DNA of 64,000 nucleotides from Octopus vulgaris. Taxonomy: Eukaryota. This document shows, one piece after another, positions 27,040-40,173 of this stretch. The stretch's first letter is position 1. Every line of letters begins with the position of its first letter. The notes under the pieces are model-generated. The model was not told where the DNA came from, ran no database searches, and saw nothing but the letters and a program-made list of their open reading frames with translations. The position numbers and the translations under genes were made by a program. The stretch covers positions 27,838,001 through 27,902,000 of the forward strand of contig OX597820.1 of assembly GCA_951406725.2 (NCBI GenBank), given 5' to 3'.

Positions 27040-27985
27040 CCCTTGTGATCTTTGCAGTGTGGAGTCGCGCATTGTCCTGATGAAACATCACTCCTTTTTG
27101 ATTCACTAAATCGTGTCTTTTTTCTTCAAAACTTGGTTCAAACGCTCTAATTGCTGCCAGTAGACTTGAGCATTGATTGTTGCATTAGGTGGTAACAATT
27201 CAAAGTGAATTACTCCTTTGCAATCCAACTAGATAGAGAGAAGAACCTTTTTTTCATGAAGTTCCCTTCTCGGTTGTAGTTGAGCTTTTCACCTTTTACC
27301 AAGCCACTGTTTACGACATTTAACATTTCGATAGTAGACCCATTTTCGTCACCAGTCTCAAGTCAATCCAAAAAGGGTGGAATGAGCTCGCGAGAATGGA
27401 GAGAAGAGCAGATGTCAACTTGAGATTTGCGGCTGCTTTCGGACAATTCATGAGGCACCCATTTTCCAAGTGTAGGAACCTTTCCAAGATGTTGAAGATT
27501 ACAATGAACAGTTGAATGGTTTGAACTAAGCTTTATTGCCAATCCTTCAACTGATAAAGAGGATTTTCTTCAAAGATTGCCTCAAGGAGCTTATCATCAA
27601 ACTCAACTTGATGTCCTGTTCGCTCTTCATCTCCAAGGTTGAAATGTCCGCTTCTGAATTTTGCAAACCCTTTCCTGCAATTACTTTCATTCAAGCATTG
27701 TTTCCCATAAACTGAGTGTATGTTTCGTGTCGCTTTGGCTGCAGAGTTTAATGTTTTGCACTCATAAGGCATTATGTGCCTGAAATGCTCTTTGCATACT
27801 TCCATGTTAGAAAGAACTTTAATCAAAGAAATTTTAATTCTATTATTCTGTAAAATGATATTTATTTAGTTTAAATGTACATAAATGCATAAAAATAATG
27901 TTTAATTCCATTAGACATTCTAAAAGACTATTAAATTTCATTCAATTTTAAAAAAGGTAAAAGCGGACAGAAATTATGGGATGTA
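27040..27985 (-). mobile_element. Mariner transposon fossil, 3'-truncated
   Basis: N-terminus MEVCKEHFRHIM.YE...FAKFRSGHFNLGDEERTG, WVPHEL, TGDENG, ending just after VMFHQDNARLHT. 5' TIR remnant near 27955-27985. Confidence 0.9.
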
Positions 27986-28182
27986 ATTGTTGCCTCTTTT
28001 TCGGGAGACAAAAGGGTTTATAAGATTGCAAAACAGTTGTGCTCAAAGGAAATTGAGACAGAGAAAAAAATAACATTGATTAGAGGACAAACATGGTTAA
28101 TATTTATATATGATCAAATGTATGAAAGCGGGTTGTCATATAAGGTCATTGACTCCAGTTTAATATGTGTTCTCTAATCAAT

Positions 28183-28222
<40 letters not shown>

Positions 28223-28231
28223 AGCTGAGAC

Positions 28232-28433
28232 TATGGGTTGCACCTAGAACGTTACCCTCCCAGGTACAAGTCTGGCAAGTTTTTTTTATCATCGTAACTC
28301 ATTTCTACAGCTGAGTGAACTGGCGCAACGTGAAATAAAGCGTCTTGCTCAAGAACACAACACGGTCCGGGATTTGAACTAACAACCTCACGATCGTAAG
28401 CTTGATGCTCTAACGACTGAGCGATGCAACTTC
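28232..28433 (-). mobile_element. SINE family D, internally deleted
   Basis: ACTCATTTCTACAGCTGAG...CTTGCTCAAGAACACA matches the rc of 1875-2203. Confidence 0.75.
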
Positions 28434-28460
28434 TATATATATATATATTTATATATATAT

Positions 28461-29090
28461 TAGGGAAGTTATTTCCAAGTCCACAGGGGAGAGAAGTTCA
28501 ATTTAGTGGTACTAAAATGAATTACTCACTGTATTATATACATCACACTCAAGCAACTCAATCATCATTGAATGACATTATCTACAATAGGTACATATAG
28601 GACTAAATACCAAAATTATCAAAATTAATACATTCAATTCTTATTTCAAATTATATATTTTACTACGCGCGTTTCATGAGAACATATTCCTCGATATTGC
28701 TCAAATAGCATGTCTCTAAATCTTCGTCCAAGGCACAACATTGGATATGGCCGACTCTTCGGTTACCCTGGCGATTCGGAAATAAATTTGAGGACTGAAA
28801 ATGCCTGTCAAACATATGGGAAGCTCGAAACAACATGTAGTCTGCCAGATGTATCACCATCAAAATCAACCTTAGTGTCTAATCCTAGTAGTGTGTTTTA
28901 ACAGCCCTTCTATACTCTTCTGATGCTTAGGCTACATATCGTCGTTACATCAAGATTTGGACAGCGTCCTTCAAACTTATCTTGCGATGATCATAGACAT
29001 TAGACGGTAGTGTCTAAAATTATACACTGTTGGTCTTCATCGAAACAACACGTCCATACTAAATAGCTCCTCATTGCCATCAGGTACGTT
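28461..29090 (-). mobile_element. Probable Penelope-like pLTR remnant with split hammerhead motif
   Basis: Abuts (TA)n. rc CTCAT-GAAA-CGCGCG-TA-GTA at 28661-28680, with a candidate 5' half TAC-CTGATGG-CA-ATGAG at 29070-29086. Confidence 0.5.
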
Positions 29091-29589
29091 GGGCTAGGTA
29101 CTTAATCAGTTAAAGTAGCAGCTGTTTTTGTAGACAGATTTTTAAAGTAGTAGGCGACGTAAACGTAAGCACAAAAACGTTCTAGGGATGCCGTCTAAAT
29201 CAATATTAATGCTCTTAGTGTGGATGTTCAAGACTAGGAGCAGATGACAGAAAATAGATCAACGATGGTTGCAATGCATTTGAAACACAGAAAATCGGAT
29301 GCTCCATCATGTATTTGAAACACGGAGAATCAAGATGGCCCTCTTATTTCATGAAATGGCAATGAAAACACATCACAAGCACACACACACGTTTTACATA
29401 CACATATAATGTATATATACCTATATATATGTATATATATACATATATATAGTATATATATATATATATATATATACATATGTACATATACATACACACA
29501 TACATACACACACGCATACATACATACATACATACATACATACATACATAATGCATACATACATACATACATACACACATACATACATG

Positions 29590-29623
<34 letters not shown>

Positions 29624-29743
29624 CATACATACATACATACATACATATATGAGGATAATTTTACAACTTCGTTAAACCGAAGGCTGAAAATAGGATTGCA
29701 GCTGGAAGTGCTCAGATGACACTGACGCGAAAGGAGGAATAAA

Positions 29744-30670
29744 TTGAAAGGTATGATGAATAGACGCTCTAATTGGTCAAAACAACCTACTACATTCCCA
29801 TAAATCGAATATAAATATATATTAAAACCTCGAATATAAATATATACATATTATAAAATATACACATATATACGAATAAAATGTGATAAGACCTTATAGG
29901 GTATTACGAATGAAGTCGAATGAAGAAAAATATACGGATTAAATTAATATACAATAAAACCGACTAAAAAGCAACTAAAGCAGTGAAACCAAAATAATAT
30001 AAATATATGAATACATAAATAAAGAAAAAAAAGTCCGTTCAAATCCATTTCTAGATTGTCTCGCAGGACGTTTCCTCGCGTCGTCTGTGTAAAATCCATA
30101 AGAAAATCCAAAGATAATGACCTTTCTTGCAGGAGAAATTCTACAAAGTTGTCACATTTCTGGTTGATGTATATACAAATGTGTCATACTTCTGGTTGAT
30201 AGATTAACAACCTGAAATCTGATACCTTTGTAAGTCTGCTCCTGATGAAAAGGTCATTACCTTTAGATTTTTTAAAATGTATTTTACTTTGACGAAGTGA
30301 GGCAACATCATTTGAAACGATCGGAAAAATGTATTTGAACGGACTCTTTTCTGGTTATCACTTTGCCCTTTATTTTTATATTTATATATATTTTTATTTA
30401 CATTATTTTGGTTTCACTGCTTTAATTTTTTAGTCGCTTTTATTGTATATTAATTTAGTCCATATATTTTTCTTTATTCGACTTCACTAGTATTACCTTT
30501 TGAGGTTTTATCACCTTTTATTCTTATATACGTGTATATTCTATACTACTGGGTTTTAAAATTGGGTGCCCTGATGTTTTAATATATATCTGTATTTGAT
30601 TTATGATAATATGGAAATGTTATAAAGTTCTTTTGACCAATTAGAACGTTTATTCAGTATTCCCTTCAAT
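29744..30670. repeat. Long diverged inverted repeat (arms about 29744-30050 and 30325-30670)
   Basis: For example AAAGCAGTGAAACCAAAATAAT / ATTATTTTGGTTTCACTGCTTT and TCTAATTGGTCAAAA / TTTTGACCAATTAGA. Confidence 0.85.
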
Positions 30671-31496
30671 ATATATATATATATGGTGTTTATATTTGCA
30701 TAGTGCATATTTAGACTTGCTGTTGTATCTCTATAATTAAGTTATTCAAATGTAAGGTTGTTGTATTCAGTGGTGAAAGTGTCTTTAGAAACTCTCTTCT
30801 CCGAATTTTGTTTTCAATGAATATCCTCCAGAAATTTCCAAACTTCAGTTAAATTTCCAACTTCTTCCTCTTTGTCCTTTATCTCATAGATCAATAAAAC
30901 CAACATCAATCATTTACTGAATTTCATATACATCCAAATACATCTCCCACACACGACAATTTCGAATCCGGCAGATCCAAATCAAATAACAAAAATGACG
31001 TCACTTAAACGGAATATCGATATAAGCAAGTCATTATAAAATTTGTCCAAATGTAACTTTGGGTCCAGTTGAGTCTATTAATCGGTAAATCGATAACCTT
31101 TATACAGAATAGAAATGTGCTGTTCTTTAATCCAGACTTAGCCCTGATTGAACCGATCTATGGTAAAAGGCCTTCCCACTCCAATAATCCAATCGTATTA
31201 GTTTTCCCGTATATAAAATATATAGCACTATACTATTCAGTACATATCTATTGTTTCCAAAATCCTCGGATGTGTGTGCGATTTAAGTGGTGGTTGGGTT
31301 TTATATAATGTAGGTCGAGTGAACTTTTATATGCGTCGACTTTGGGTGCCAAGGTAAAATATGTTTTAAAGTGTGAGAGCGTGCATTACAGCAACGATTG
31401 CTAACGTTCTCGTATGTTTTGGGGCAATCATTACACTGTCATCTCTTCATTGGTATAACCTTAGATACAACGAGGTTACTATTTGTTCTTTTATAA

Positions 31497-31950
31497 TATT
31501 GGTTTGAAGTTTTGGCACAAGGCCAGCAAGTTCGGGGGAGTGGGTATGTCGAATACATCGATCCGTTCTCAACTGGTACATAGCTTATCGAACCGGAAAG
31601 GTATGAGAAACAAACTCAGAACTTAACGACGGACGAAATATCTATTTCTTTATTACCCACAAGGGGCTAAACATAGAGGGGACAAACAAGGACAGACATA
31701 GGTATTAAGTCGATTACATCGACCCCAGTGCGTAATTGGTGCTTAATTTATCGACCCCGAAAGGATGAAAGGCAAAGTCGACCTCGGCGGAATTTGAACT
31801 CAGAACGTAACGGCAGACGAAATACGGCTACGCATTTCGCCCGGCGTGCTAACGTTTCTGCCAGCTCGCCGCCTTTTTAACGACGGACGAAATACCACCA
31901 GCAAAGAATTTTGCTCGACGCGCTAACATTTGTGCCACCTCGTCGCCTAT
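31497..31950 (-). mobile_element. Young family A SINE (31641-31876) nested in an older family A SINE
   Basis: 18-bp TSD TTAACGACGGACGAAATA at 31623-31640 and 31877-31894. The halves of the older copy join across it. Confidence 0.9.
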
Positions 31951-32405
31951 TCTGCATTTATAATATTAACTAAACAAAACTTAATGTTTTCACTTTTTTA
32001 AGCGTCATCTTTAAAACTGAAATATTTTGATTTTTCTCATTTGCTTATTATACGGTATGTAGTAAAGGTAGTATACGGTAGGCAGTTACCATGGAGAAAA
32101 GAATCGGTCAACGTGTTGACTGAATTGTATATAAAGCTACAACTTTATTAAGTTTGCTCAGAGTTGCCCCTCTTATGTACATCTCATTGACAACAGTAAA
32201 AAAACTCGAAGCATCAACGTCTGAGATTGCTAACAGCTGGTGACACTGAACGATTTGGGTGTTCTCACACCTTTGACCACAAGGGGGATTTTTTTCTCCA
32301 CGGTAACTGCAGTGTATTTGACTTTTAGCAGTTGAAATATGTGATAGACATTCAACTAACCTGAATTCTGCTCATACCTAAACATTGCTTTGCGTCAATA
32401 CTTCG

Positions 32406-32455
<50 letters not shown>

Positions 32456-32483
32456 TTATATATATATATATTACAAATACATG

Positions 32484-32560
<77 letters not shown>

Positions 32561-32564
<4 letters not shown>

Positions 32565-33698
32565 CATTAAAGACCCGACGTTGCCGGGTCATAGTGCTAG
32601 TGCATGTATATATGTGTATATATATGTGTACATATTACATGTACATCTATATATATATACATCTACACATAAAATACAAACTACAAAGTTATATCTTGAT
32701 ATCGCTAGTGATAACAATACTCAAAATATATAACAGACTGGAATTGTTAGCCCGTCTCTTGTAATTTCGATCAATTGTATCTTGTCCTCCCTCTTGTATA
32801 GAAGTGTGGCTATAATCCAGCCTACCTCTTCTTCTGCGGGTGGGGGGCATTTTTAATTTTTTTCCGGGACGTCCTTTGCAAGTTCGAGTCGAGTAATCCC
32901 TTGCACGCTCCGTTGACTCGAACCTTGCTTCTATTGTGGCAAATTTACCGCCTCTGATTAGATATCTTTCATAGTCGCACTAAGACTCTTTTCGAAGGTG
33001 CTTTCCTCCATGTGTTCAAATCTTTTTTCTCTACATTGTATACTTTATAGATAATAGTCTTTTCTTTAATTAAAATTTTTATTATCCATCTGGACTATTC
33101 CATTTCTGCACGCTAATTTTATTTTTAATTTATTCCCATTCATGTGAAACTACTTATTCAAGTTCAAGTCATTCATGCAATTTTATACCAATTGCTATTT
33201 TTACTTTTGTTATGTTACGATTATATTATACTTTAGTTTGATTTTAATTATTACTTACTACATATAATTCAATTGTTATTATTATTTTTATTGTCAAAGT
33301 GAAAGTATCTGACATAAAATAGAGAAACGTTTTTGTTTCACTTTTAACACGTAATACTGAAATAGTGGAGAAGATATGATACTGCGATGGGCTCGCTCTA
33401 GGCGAGAAGTTGAACATTTCCTTTGCCTATGAAACTACATGGACCCTAAGTAAGGCATGTGTAAAATTTGAATGGAATTGGTTGTGTAGTTCTTATGTTT
33501 TAGGGAATCGTAGTGGAGAAGATATGATATTGCTGTGGGCTCGCCCTAGGCAAAAAGTTCAAAATTTTGTTTGCCGATGACACTCCCCGGACCCTAAGTA
33601 AAGCATGTGTCAAATGTGAATGAAATTGGTTGTGTAGTTCTCAAGTTTTAGGGAAACACACAGACAGACAGGCATTCTCAGTTTTATATATATAAAGA
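32561..33698 (-). mobile_element. Non-autonomous Helitron-like element
   Basis: Minus-strand 5' end A|TCTTTATATATATAAAA followed by (TCTG)n; 148-bp internal tandem (33363, 33511); 3' GC hairpin GACCCG/CGGGTC a few nt before CTA(T). Confidence 0.65.
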
Positions 33699-34756
33699 TA
33701 TACATATATATACATATACACGTACGTGTACATAGGTGGTTATGCATGAGTTTCACCCCCACCCACCACTTGGCAATCGGTGCTGGTTTATTTTCGTCTA
33801 CGTACTAAAACCCTTCAAGGTGGTGCCCGAGAAAATGGCTGAAACAAGTAAAAAGATATTATAAAGATGTTCACTTGTAAACGTTGGTGGATTAGTTTCA
33901 TCTTCATCCTCATGTGTTTAATTTTTGAATATTTATTATAGTTACAGGATGTATTGAAAACTGGAGATTCTATCTCAGAATGAAAATTTGGTAGTAGACA
34001 TGATATTTCTACTTCGAATTTTTCCTCAAATATGAATTGATCCAGGTATAAGACGTGATGACGGTTGGAGATGAAGCTGATGGAAGCGAAGCGTGTGTAT
34101 AAATATTAAAGCACTAAAGAAAAATTCTGTTTAGTCTTTAACGCCGAGATTAATAATCGAAAAGTGATACAAAGATCAAAAGTCGTATATCTCCGATATT
34201 TAGGCATTTAATTACTGGAAATCTTTGCCAAATATTTTACGACGGTTTATTTCGATAATTAAAAGGAAAATATAATAGAAAACAAAATTAGTAAAAATCA
34301 AATAAATTTTACCACGAATGTGAGATCTGATAATCATTGAAACCAAGAAATAATTTGCTTAAAGTAACAGTCAGCAGTTTGTCCACGGATATCACAGACT
34401 ATTATCCTCTTTTTCATGCGTCGACAACAGCGAAGCGTCTTACAATACAGCGCTAGGAATCCAAAAACTTTTGTATCTTCAGTCGTATGCCATTTGCTGT
34501 TGGCAACAAAACCAACGATAAAATCATTCTATCTCAGCGTTCTGGGTCCTGTATTAATGTGCAGAAATCTCCAGAATAGAGCATATGATGGGATATGTTG
34601 CTCGGCATGATAGAATTATTCAGCAAAGCCTATACTGCATTGAAAAGTAACAGAGGAAATGGGTGGATTCTGTCGCGTCTACAAATCTCGCGTCTACAAA
34701 GTAGTGCTCACAAAATCTGAAGCTTTGAACCCGTATGAGATATTTGGCGCATCTTC

Positions 34757-35360
34757 TTATTTCTTTACTACCCACAAGGGGCTACACACAGAGGGGACAA
34801 ACAAGGACAGACACACGGATTAAATGGATTATTATCAACCCCAGTGCGTAACTGGTACTTATTTAATCGTCCCCAAAAGGATGAAAGGCAAATTCGACCT
34901 CGGCGGAATTTGAACTCAGAACGTAACGGCAGATGAAATACCTATTTCTTTACAACCCACAAGGGGCTAAACTTAGAGGGAACAAACAAGGACAGACACA
35001 CGGATTAAATGGATTATTATCAACCCCAGTGCGTAACTGGTAGTTATTTAATCGACCCCGAAAGGATGAAAGGCAAAATCAACCTCGGCGGAATTTGAAC
35101 TCACAACGTAGCGGCAGACAAAATACCTATTTCTTTATTACCCACAAGGGGCTAAACTTAGAGGGAACAAACAAGAACAGACATAGGTATTAAGTCGATT
35201 ACATCGACTCCAGTGCGTAACTGGTACTTAATTTATCGACCCCGAAAGGATGAAAGGCAAAGTCGACCTCGGCGGAATTTGAACTCACAACGTAACGACA
35301 GACAAAATACCGCTAAGCATTTCGCCCGGCATCCTAACGATTCTGGCAGCTTGCCGCCTT
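34757..35360 (-). mobile_element. Family A SINE trimer (one full unit plus two 185-bp headless units)
   Basis: Unit ends at 34758, 34943 and 35128. Both internal junctions read (G/A)AAATAC|CTATTTCTTT. Confidence 0.92.
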
Positions 35361-35620
35361 TTCTATTAAGGTGATATTGAAGTACATGCTCGTAATCAGT
35401 TTCAAATAAAATGCGAACATCTTTAGTTCTAAAGGATGCTTATAAAGCCTACAGCTTACTTCCACTATAAATATATATAATGTATTGACAGTGTATGACG
35501 TAATATTTAATGTTGCAAGCTCAGTAATATAGTTAATTAAGGTAACAACCACCGCGATGAGCAGCGTAAAGAATTACTAAAAGCCACCGAAAAAGTTAAG
35601 GGGGGAATTTATTATGAATT

Positions 35621-35680
<60 letters not shown>

Positions 35681-35683
<3 letters not shown>

Positions 35684-35950
35684 AATTTTTTGCGTAATGA
35701 GATAAAAAAAAACAAGGCTGTGTAGATATCAGAACATTTATAGATAGAAGGTCTTACAGCTGTTTCCAGGATATATATTATTTATTTCATCGGAGACGGT
35801 GTGAAAGAATGGTTAAGTAATAGTTTAGATAGGATACAAAATAGAGAGTGAGGTGGAGGAAAGAAAATAGATGTGAGATATGAAGGGATATTGAAGTTGT
35901 AGATTCATTTTTTAGGCAGAATTGTATATATGTAAGATTTCAATACCTTA
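35681..35950 (-). mobile_element. Penelope-like element 3' remnant with minimal hammerhead
   Basis: rc GTCT-CCGATGA-...-GAAA-CAGCTG-TA-AGAC at 35751-35797 with helix II decayed. Upstream frameshifted EILHIY...PK.N resembles the end of a GIY-YIG domain. Abuts (TA)n. Confidence 0.6.
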
Positions 35951-36409
35951 TGAGTAAACCCCTTATTCGCAAAATTACCGAACCTGGAACTTAACTATGG
36001 CCTGTCTATAGCACTTATTCAGCATTACCTGACACCTTTGGGTCTCAGTGACACCATTACCTCTTATAACTTATATATATATATGAGGTGAATAATTGAG
36101 TTGATCTTTTGTTTTACAATGACAACCCAAGGCAGATTTGATGTTATTAAACTTAATCAGGGCGAATAGTCAACCACTAGTTTAAACGTCACGAATTTGA
36201 CTTTGTAGCTGGTACCACACTTTCGCATTTTGTAATGAATAGTTATCATGTTATGGGAAGACATAGGTACTTTCTTGGCATAAAAATCTGCATGTGTTCC
36301 CCCACCCACCCACCACTTGGCAATCGTTGTTGGTTTGTTTGCGTTCACATCGTTTTCGTTCCGTGTCGATCTGCTCGCGTATATCTCTTCAAGGTGGTGC
36401 CCGAGATGT

Positions 36410-36595
36410 TGGGTTCTTAGAGAAAAGTTCTCCAGCAATAATACTGTGTTCATTTGCCACATAGTAAACTAGAGCAACGTGAAATTACATACTTTGCTGC
36501 AGAACACAACACTCCGTCCGGTCCAGGGATAGAAATACTGACCTTATGGATGTAATCCCACCCAACACCTTAACCACTCGGCCATGCAGCTTCAT
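36410..36595 (-). mobile_element. SINE family D-like head and CORE-like domain
   Basis: GCAACGTGAAAT...AGAACACAACAC...TAACCACTCGGCCATGC. Confidence 0.6.
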
Positions 36596-37163
36596 AAGAT
36601 CTTAGAATAGCTCAAAGGGAATATAGAGGATTTAGTGAATGATCTTTGGATATTGTGTTAATTTATAATAATAACTTTGGGAAAATACCTAAGCATGTCT
36701 GCTCCATGAAAAGCAAACAGCAAAATGAACGCTAGCATATTCGATGCCATGAGGTTATTAGATTAAGTTTAATTTGATTCTCTAGTCACAAAGGCCCTAT
36801 ATGTTAATAGACGATAAACTGGGCAGTTATTTCGTTCAGATCATTCTATAGATCAGTAGTGATGATGAAGGATTCAATTGCTTAAAGCCGGAAATTAAAG
36901 CCGGGTGGCGGATGTAAATGGCTCCATGGTAGTCACACGATAATATATTCATATGATTACTCGGTGCTGTCAGTACTGTACAATATAAATCAGCTCTGGC
37001 AGAGGAGAAATGCTGCTACTTTATTTCGTTTATGTTACTGTTAACCTCCATGATTGAATTTTTCGTTTCTACTTTTCTTTCCATTGATAACAATATGAAG
37101 TTTCGGGACACTGTATGCGTATATATGTATGAATGTATGCATGTATGTACGTATGTATATATA

Positions 37164-37246
<83 letters not shown>

Positions 37247-37772
37247 GTTCACTTACATATATCTATATTTATGTACACTCATTCATTTCACACACACACA
37301 CATACGTTCTCATATGTATATATATACATGTGTGTGTGTGTGTGAGTCTATGTTCTTGTGTGTGTGTGAGCGTGTATGTGATTGTGTGTGTAGAAATCGC
37401 TAAGCTATTTCTCTCTACAAAAATAATTAACTTCGCCTGCATGTTGAAACCTCAGATCTATCTGGTTTTAGTTTTTCTTTTGAAGTCATTTCGTTTTATG
37501 CTTTATTAAACGCTATTATGATCAATACCCGCAATATAGTCAACAGATATTTGCTTGGAATCGAGATATTCGATTGGTTGTATCAGAGTTCGCATATTTG
37601 CATAATATGAAGGCATTTAAAGAGTAATTTGAAATTTGGCGAACCGCACACACACACATACACACAAAAAGGGGGCAGGATCAGCTTATTATGCAGATAT
37701 ATTCCTGAACAATTAAGGATGGTGCTTTGTGCGTAAATTTTTCATTCTTTTCTCTTAATATGGTAACTCTCT

Positions 37773-37915
37773 TAAGGTGGCGAACTGGCAGAATCACTAG
37801 CGCGCTGAACAAAATGCTTAGCGGCATTTCGTCCGTCTTTACGTTCTGAGTTCAAATTCTGCCGCGGTCATTGTTTCGTGGTCGAAAAAAATAAGTACCA
37901 CTTATGCACGGGAGA
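37773..37915 (+). mobile_element. SINE family A, 5' part
   Basis: AAGGTGGCGAACTGGCAGAATC...GTTCTGAGTTCAAATTCTGCCG. Confidence 0.75.
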
Positions 37916-38134
37916 AGATTATCGAAGATACAAAAAAAGGTGTACCAAGGTTTACGCTTACCATGTTAGAAATAATGATATAATTTTCATCAAATCCAGC
38001 ATAGGAATTAAAAGAAAAGCAGCTATATTGCATTATGGTTAATTTTGTCTGGACTATTTCAGGACAAAGAGAGATGAATAACGCTGAAATGCCTCATGTA
38101 TTAATAAATTTTCCTGAATAATCAGTAATATTAA

Positions 38135-38545
38135 TTTCAATATTGTCATCAATATTTTCATTACCGCCTTCAGCGTCTTCGTCATTGTTCTCATCATCTT
38201 CGTCAACATCATGATCATGATCATCATCATCATCGCAATCGTCATCAACATCATTATCATCAGCGGTGTAATCATTATCAACATCATCATCATCATCATT
38301 GTCATGATCGTCGTCATCCTCATCTTCATCATCGTCGTCTTCGTCAACATCATCAACATCCTCCTCCTCCTCCTCCTCATCATCATCATCATCAATATCA
38401 ACTAGCAATAACATGCAAACGCTACCAAGATTACTATACAACGATAACCCCACCAACAACATCCCACAAACATCAACACCACATAAACCAGCACCACCAC
38501 CACCACCAATAACATTGTCAGCACGACCAGGAGCACCGCAGTACA
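38135..38545. repeat. Degenerate (CAT)n/(CAC)n low-complexity tract
   Basis: Eroded trinucleotide repeats. Source of the poly-D/poly-M ORFs. Confidence 0.9.
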
Positions 38546-38867
38546 ATGTATTTTTTTCCTCCCTAGCATTGATTTTATTGCATAAATTGTGAAGAAAAAA
38601 GGAGGTAATTTATAGGAGTGTAGTGTGTATAAATTACAATACACTTAAATGTACTTTATAAATAATTCATACTAATACGTATTATACACCAGTGTTTCTC
38701 ACAGACATATGCGCTGTATACATACTAAGAACATATATGTCATACATATATAACTACTGGCCGAGTTTATTGGGAAAATTATTAACATCCCCACTCATAA
38801 ATAAATGTTTGCATTAGAATGGATGCTTGTACTGTGTATACAGTCAGATGTTTTGCCCGTATAGACA

Positions 38868-39015
38868 TAGGGGCAAGCGTGGGTGTGTAGTAAGAAGCCC
38901 GTTTCCCAATCACATGCTTCCGGGTTCGGTCCCACAGCGTGGCACCTTGGATAGGTTTTTTCTGTTATAGCTTCGGGCCGACCAAACCCTTGTGGGTGGA
39001 TGTGGTAGACGGAAT
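38868..39015 (+). mobile_element. SINE family B 5' half
   Basis: TCCGGGTTCGGTCCCACAGCGTGGCACCTTGG...GGGCCGACCAAA. Confidence 0.75.
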
Positions 39016-39882
39016 ATACTTTTACCAATATTTGTATATATATATGTGTGTGTGTGTATGTGTGTCTGTTATTTTCAGTGTGCGTGTATGTGTGCGTGTA
39101 TGAGTTTTTGTGTGTGCGTGTGCGTGTGCATACTTTGAAAGATTTGTTTCTGCTGATGTAAATTAAAACGTGATGTCTGCTTCACATAAAACTTCAGTTC
39201 AGGCTGTCACCAGTGACGGTACTAAGCTTCTGTATATAATTGCCTATCTCCAATTATAAGTAAATCTCCCCCATGTCTTCTAAGAGATAAGGAGAGAATA
39301 AATCTCATGGCGATATTATTACAAATAGACTCCCTTAAACCTACTCAGTCAAATGTGATTGCTTATTTATTGACATTGATTAGAATTCATCAATGAGATT
39401 TTGATGATGTGATTGCTTATTTTTTAGAATGGTTGAGAGAGCTTGCATCTTGTCGAGCTGAACATAAAACCCGTAGAATAAATACCTGTTTTAAATAATA
39501 TGTTAATTTGACCTCAGGCTCAACACAACACCTTAACAGAAATCCTTGAAATCAAATAGATATCAAAGATAATGGTCTAGATTCTTCGTTCCACGCTGAA
39601 GACACCAACTTAGGTTAATTAGTATCAGAAGAACTCAAGATGTTTCTTTTAGTAAGCCAATATTCCTTGGGACATTACATAGGACTAGAAGTCACAATTT
39701 GATATTGAGCGTAAATGCAGCTGGCATCAAAGAGGAATTTTCTGCAGTATGAATATCTGTATATTTGTATCATTGTCTGTATCCTTATAAATTCGAAAAC
39801 ACGTACTCACATACTTATATATCTAAATATATGCCCCTTTGATTTATAGAATGCATTTGTATTTGTAAGATTATATGTATAC

Positions 39883-39964
<82 letters not shown>

Positions 39965-40008
39965 CTCATTTATGTAATTATTATTTAATAATAGATATGT
40001 ATATATAT

Positions 40009-40173
40009 ATAATATGTGACAATGGGTTGTCTTAATAAAACTCAGAGCTTCAGCTACCGGGGCTGAAGTCTGCTCCGGCATCTCAGAATTGATAAGATGC
40101 AGCAGCAGACTTCAGCCCCGGTATATGAAACTCTGAGTGTTATTTAGACAACCAACTAATTGTCACATATTAT
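40009..40173. repeat. ~165-bp imperfect palindrome in a block between (TA)n tracts
   Basis: TACCGGGGCTGAAGTCTGCT / AGCAGACTTCAGCCCCGGTA and ATAATATGTGACAAT / ATTGTCACATATTAT. Confidence 0.85.

Noticed and set aside
34757-35360. CRISPR-like or tRNA-gene array
   Set aside because: Units are 185-bp SINE bodies without unique spacers or cloverleaf; eukaryotic context.
38094-38546. 150-aa acidic Asp/Glu-rich ORF
   Set aside because: Degenerate (GAT)n tract, open in several frames, with no splice or domain evidence.
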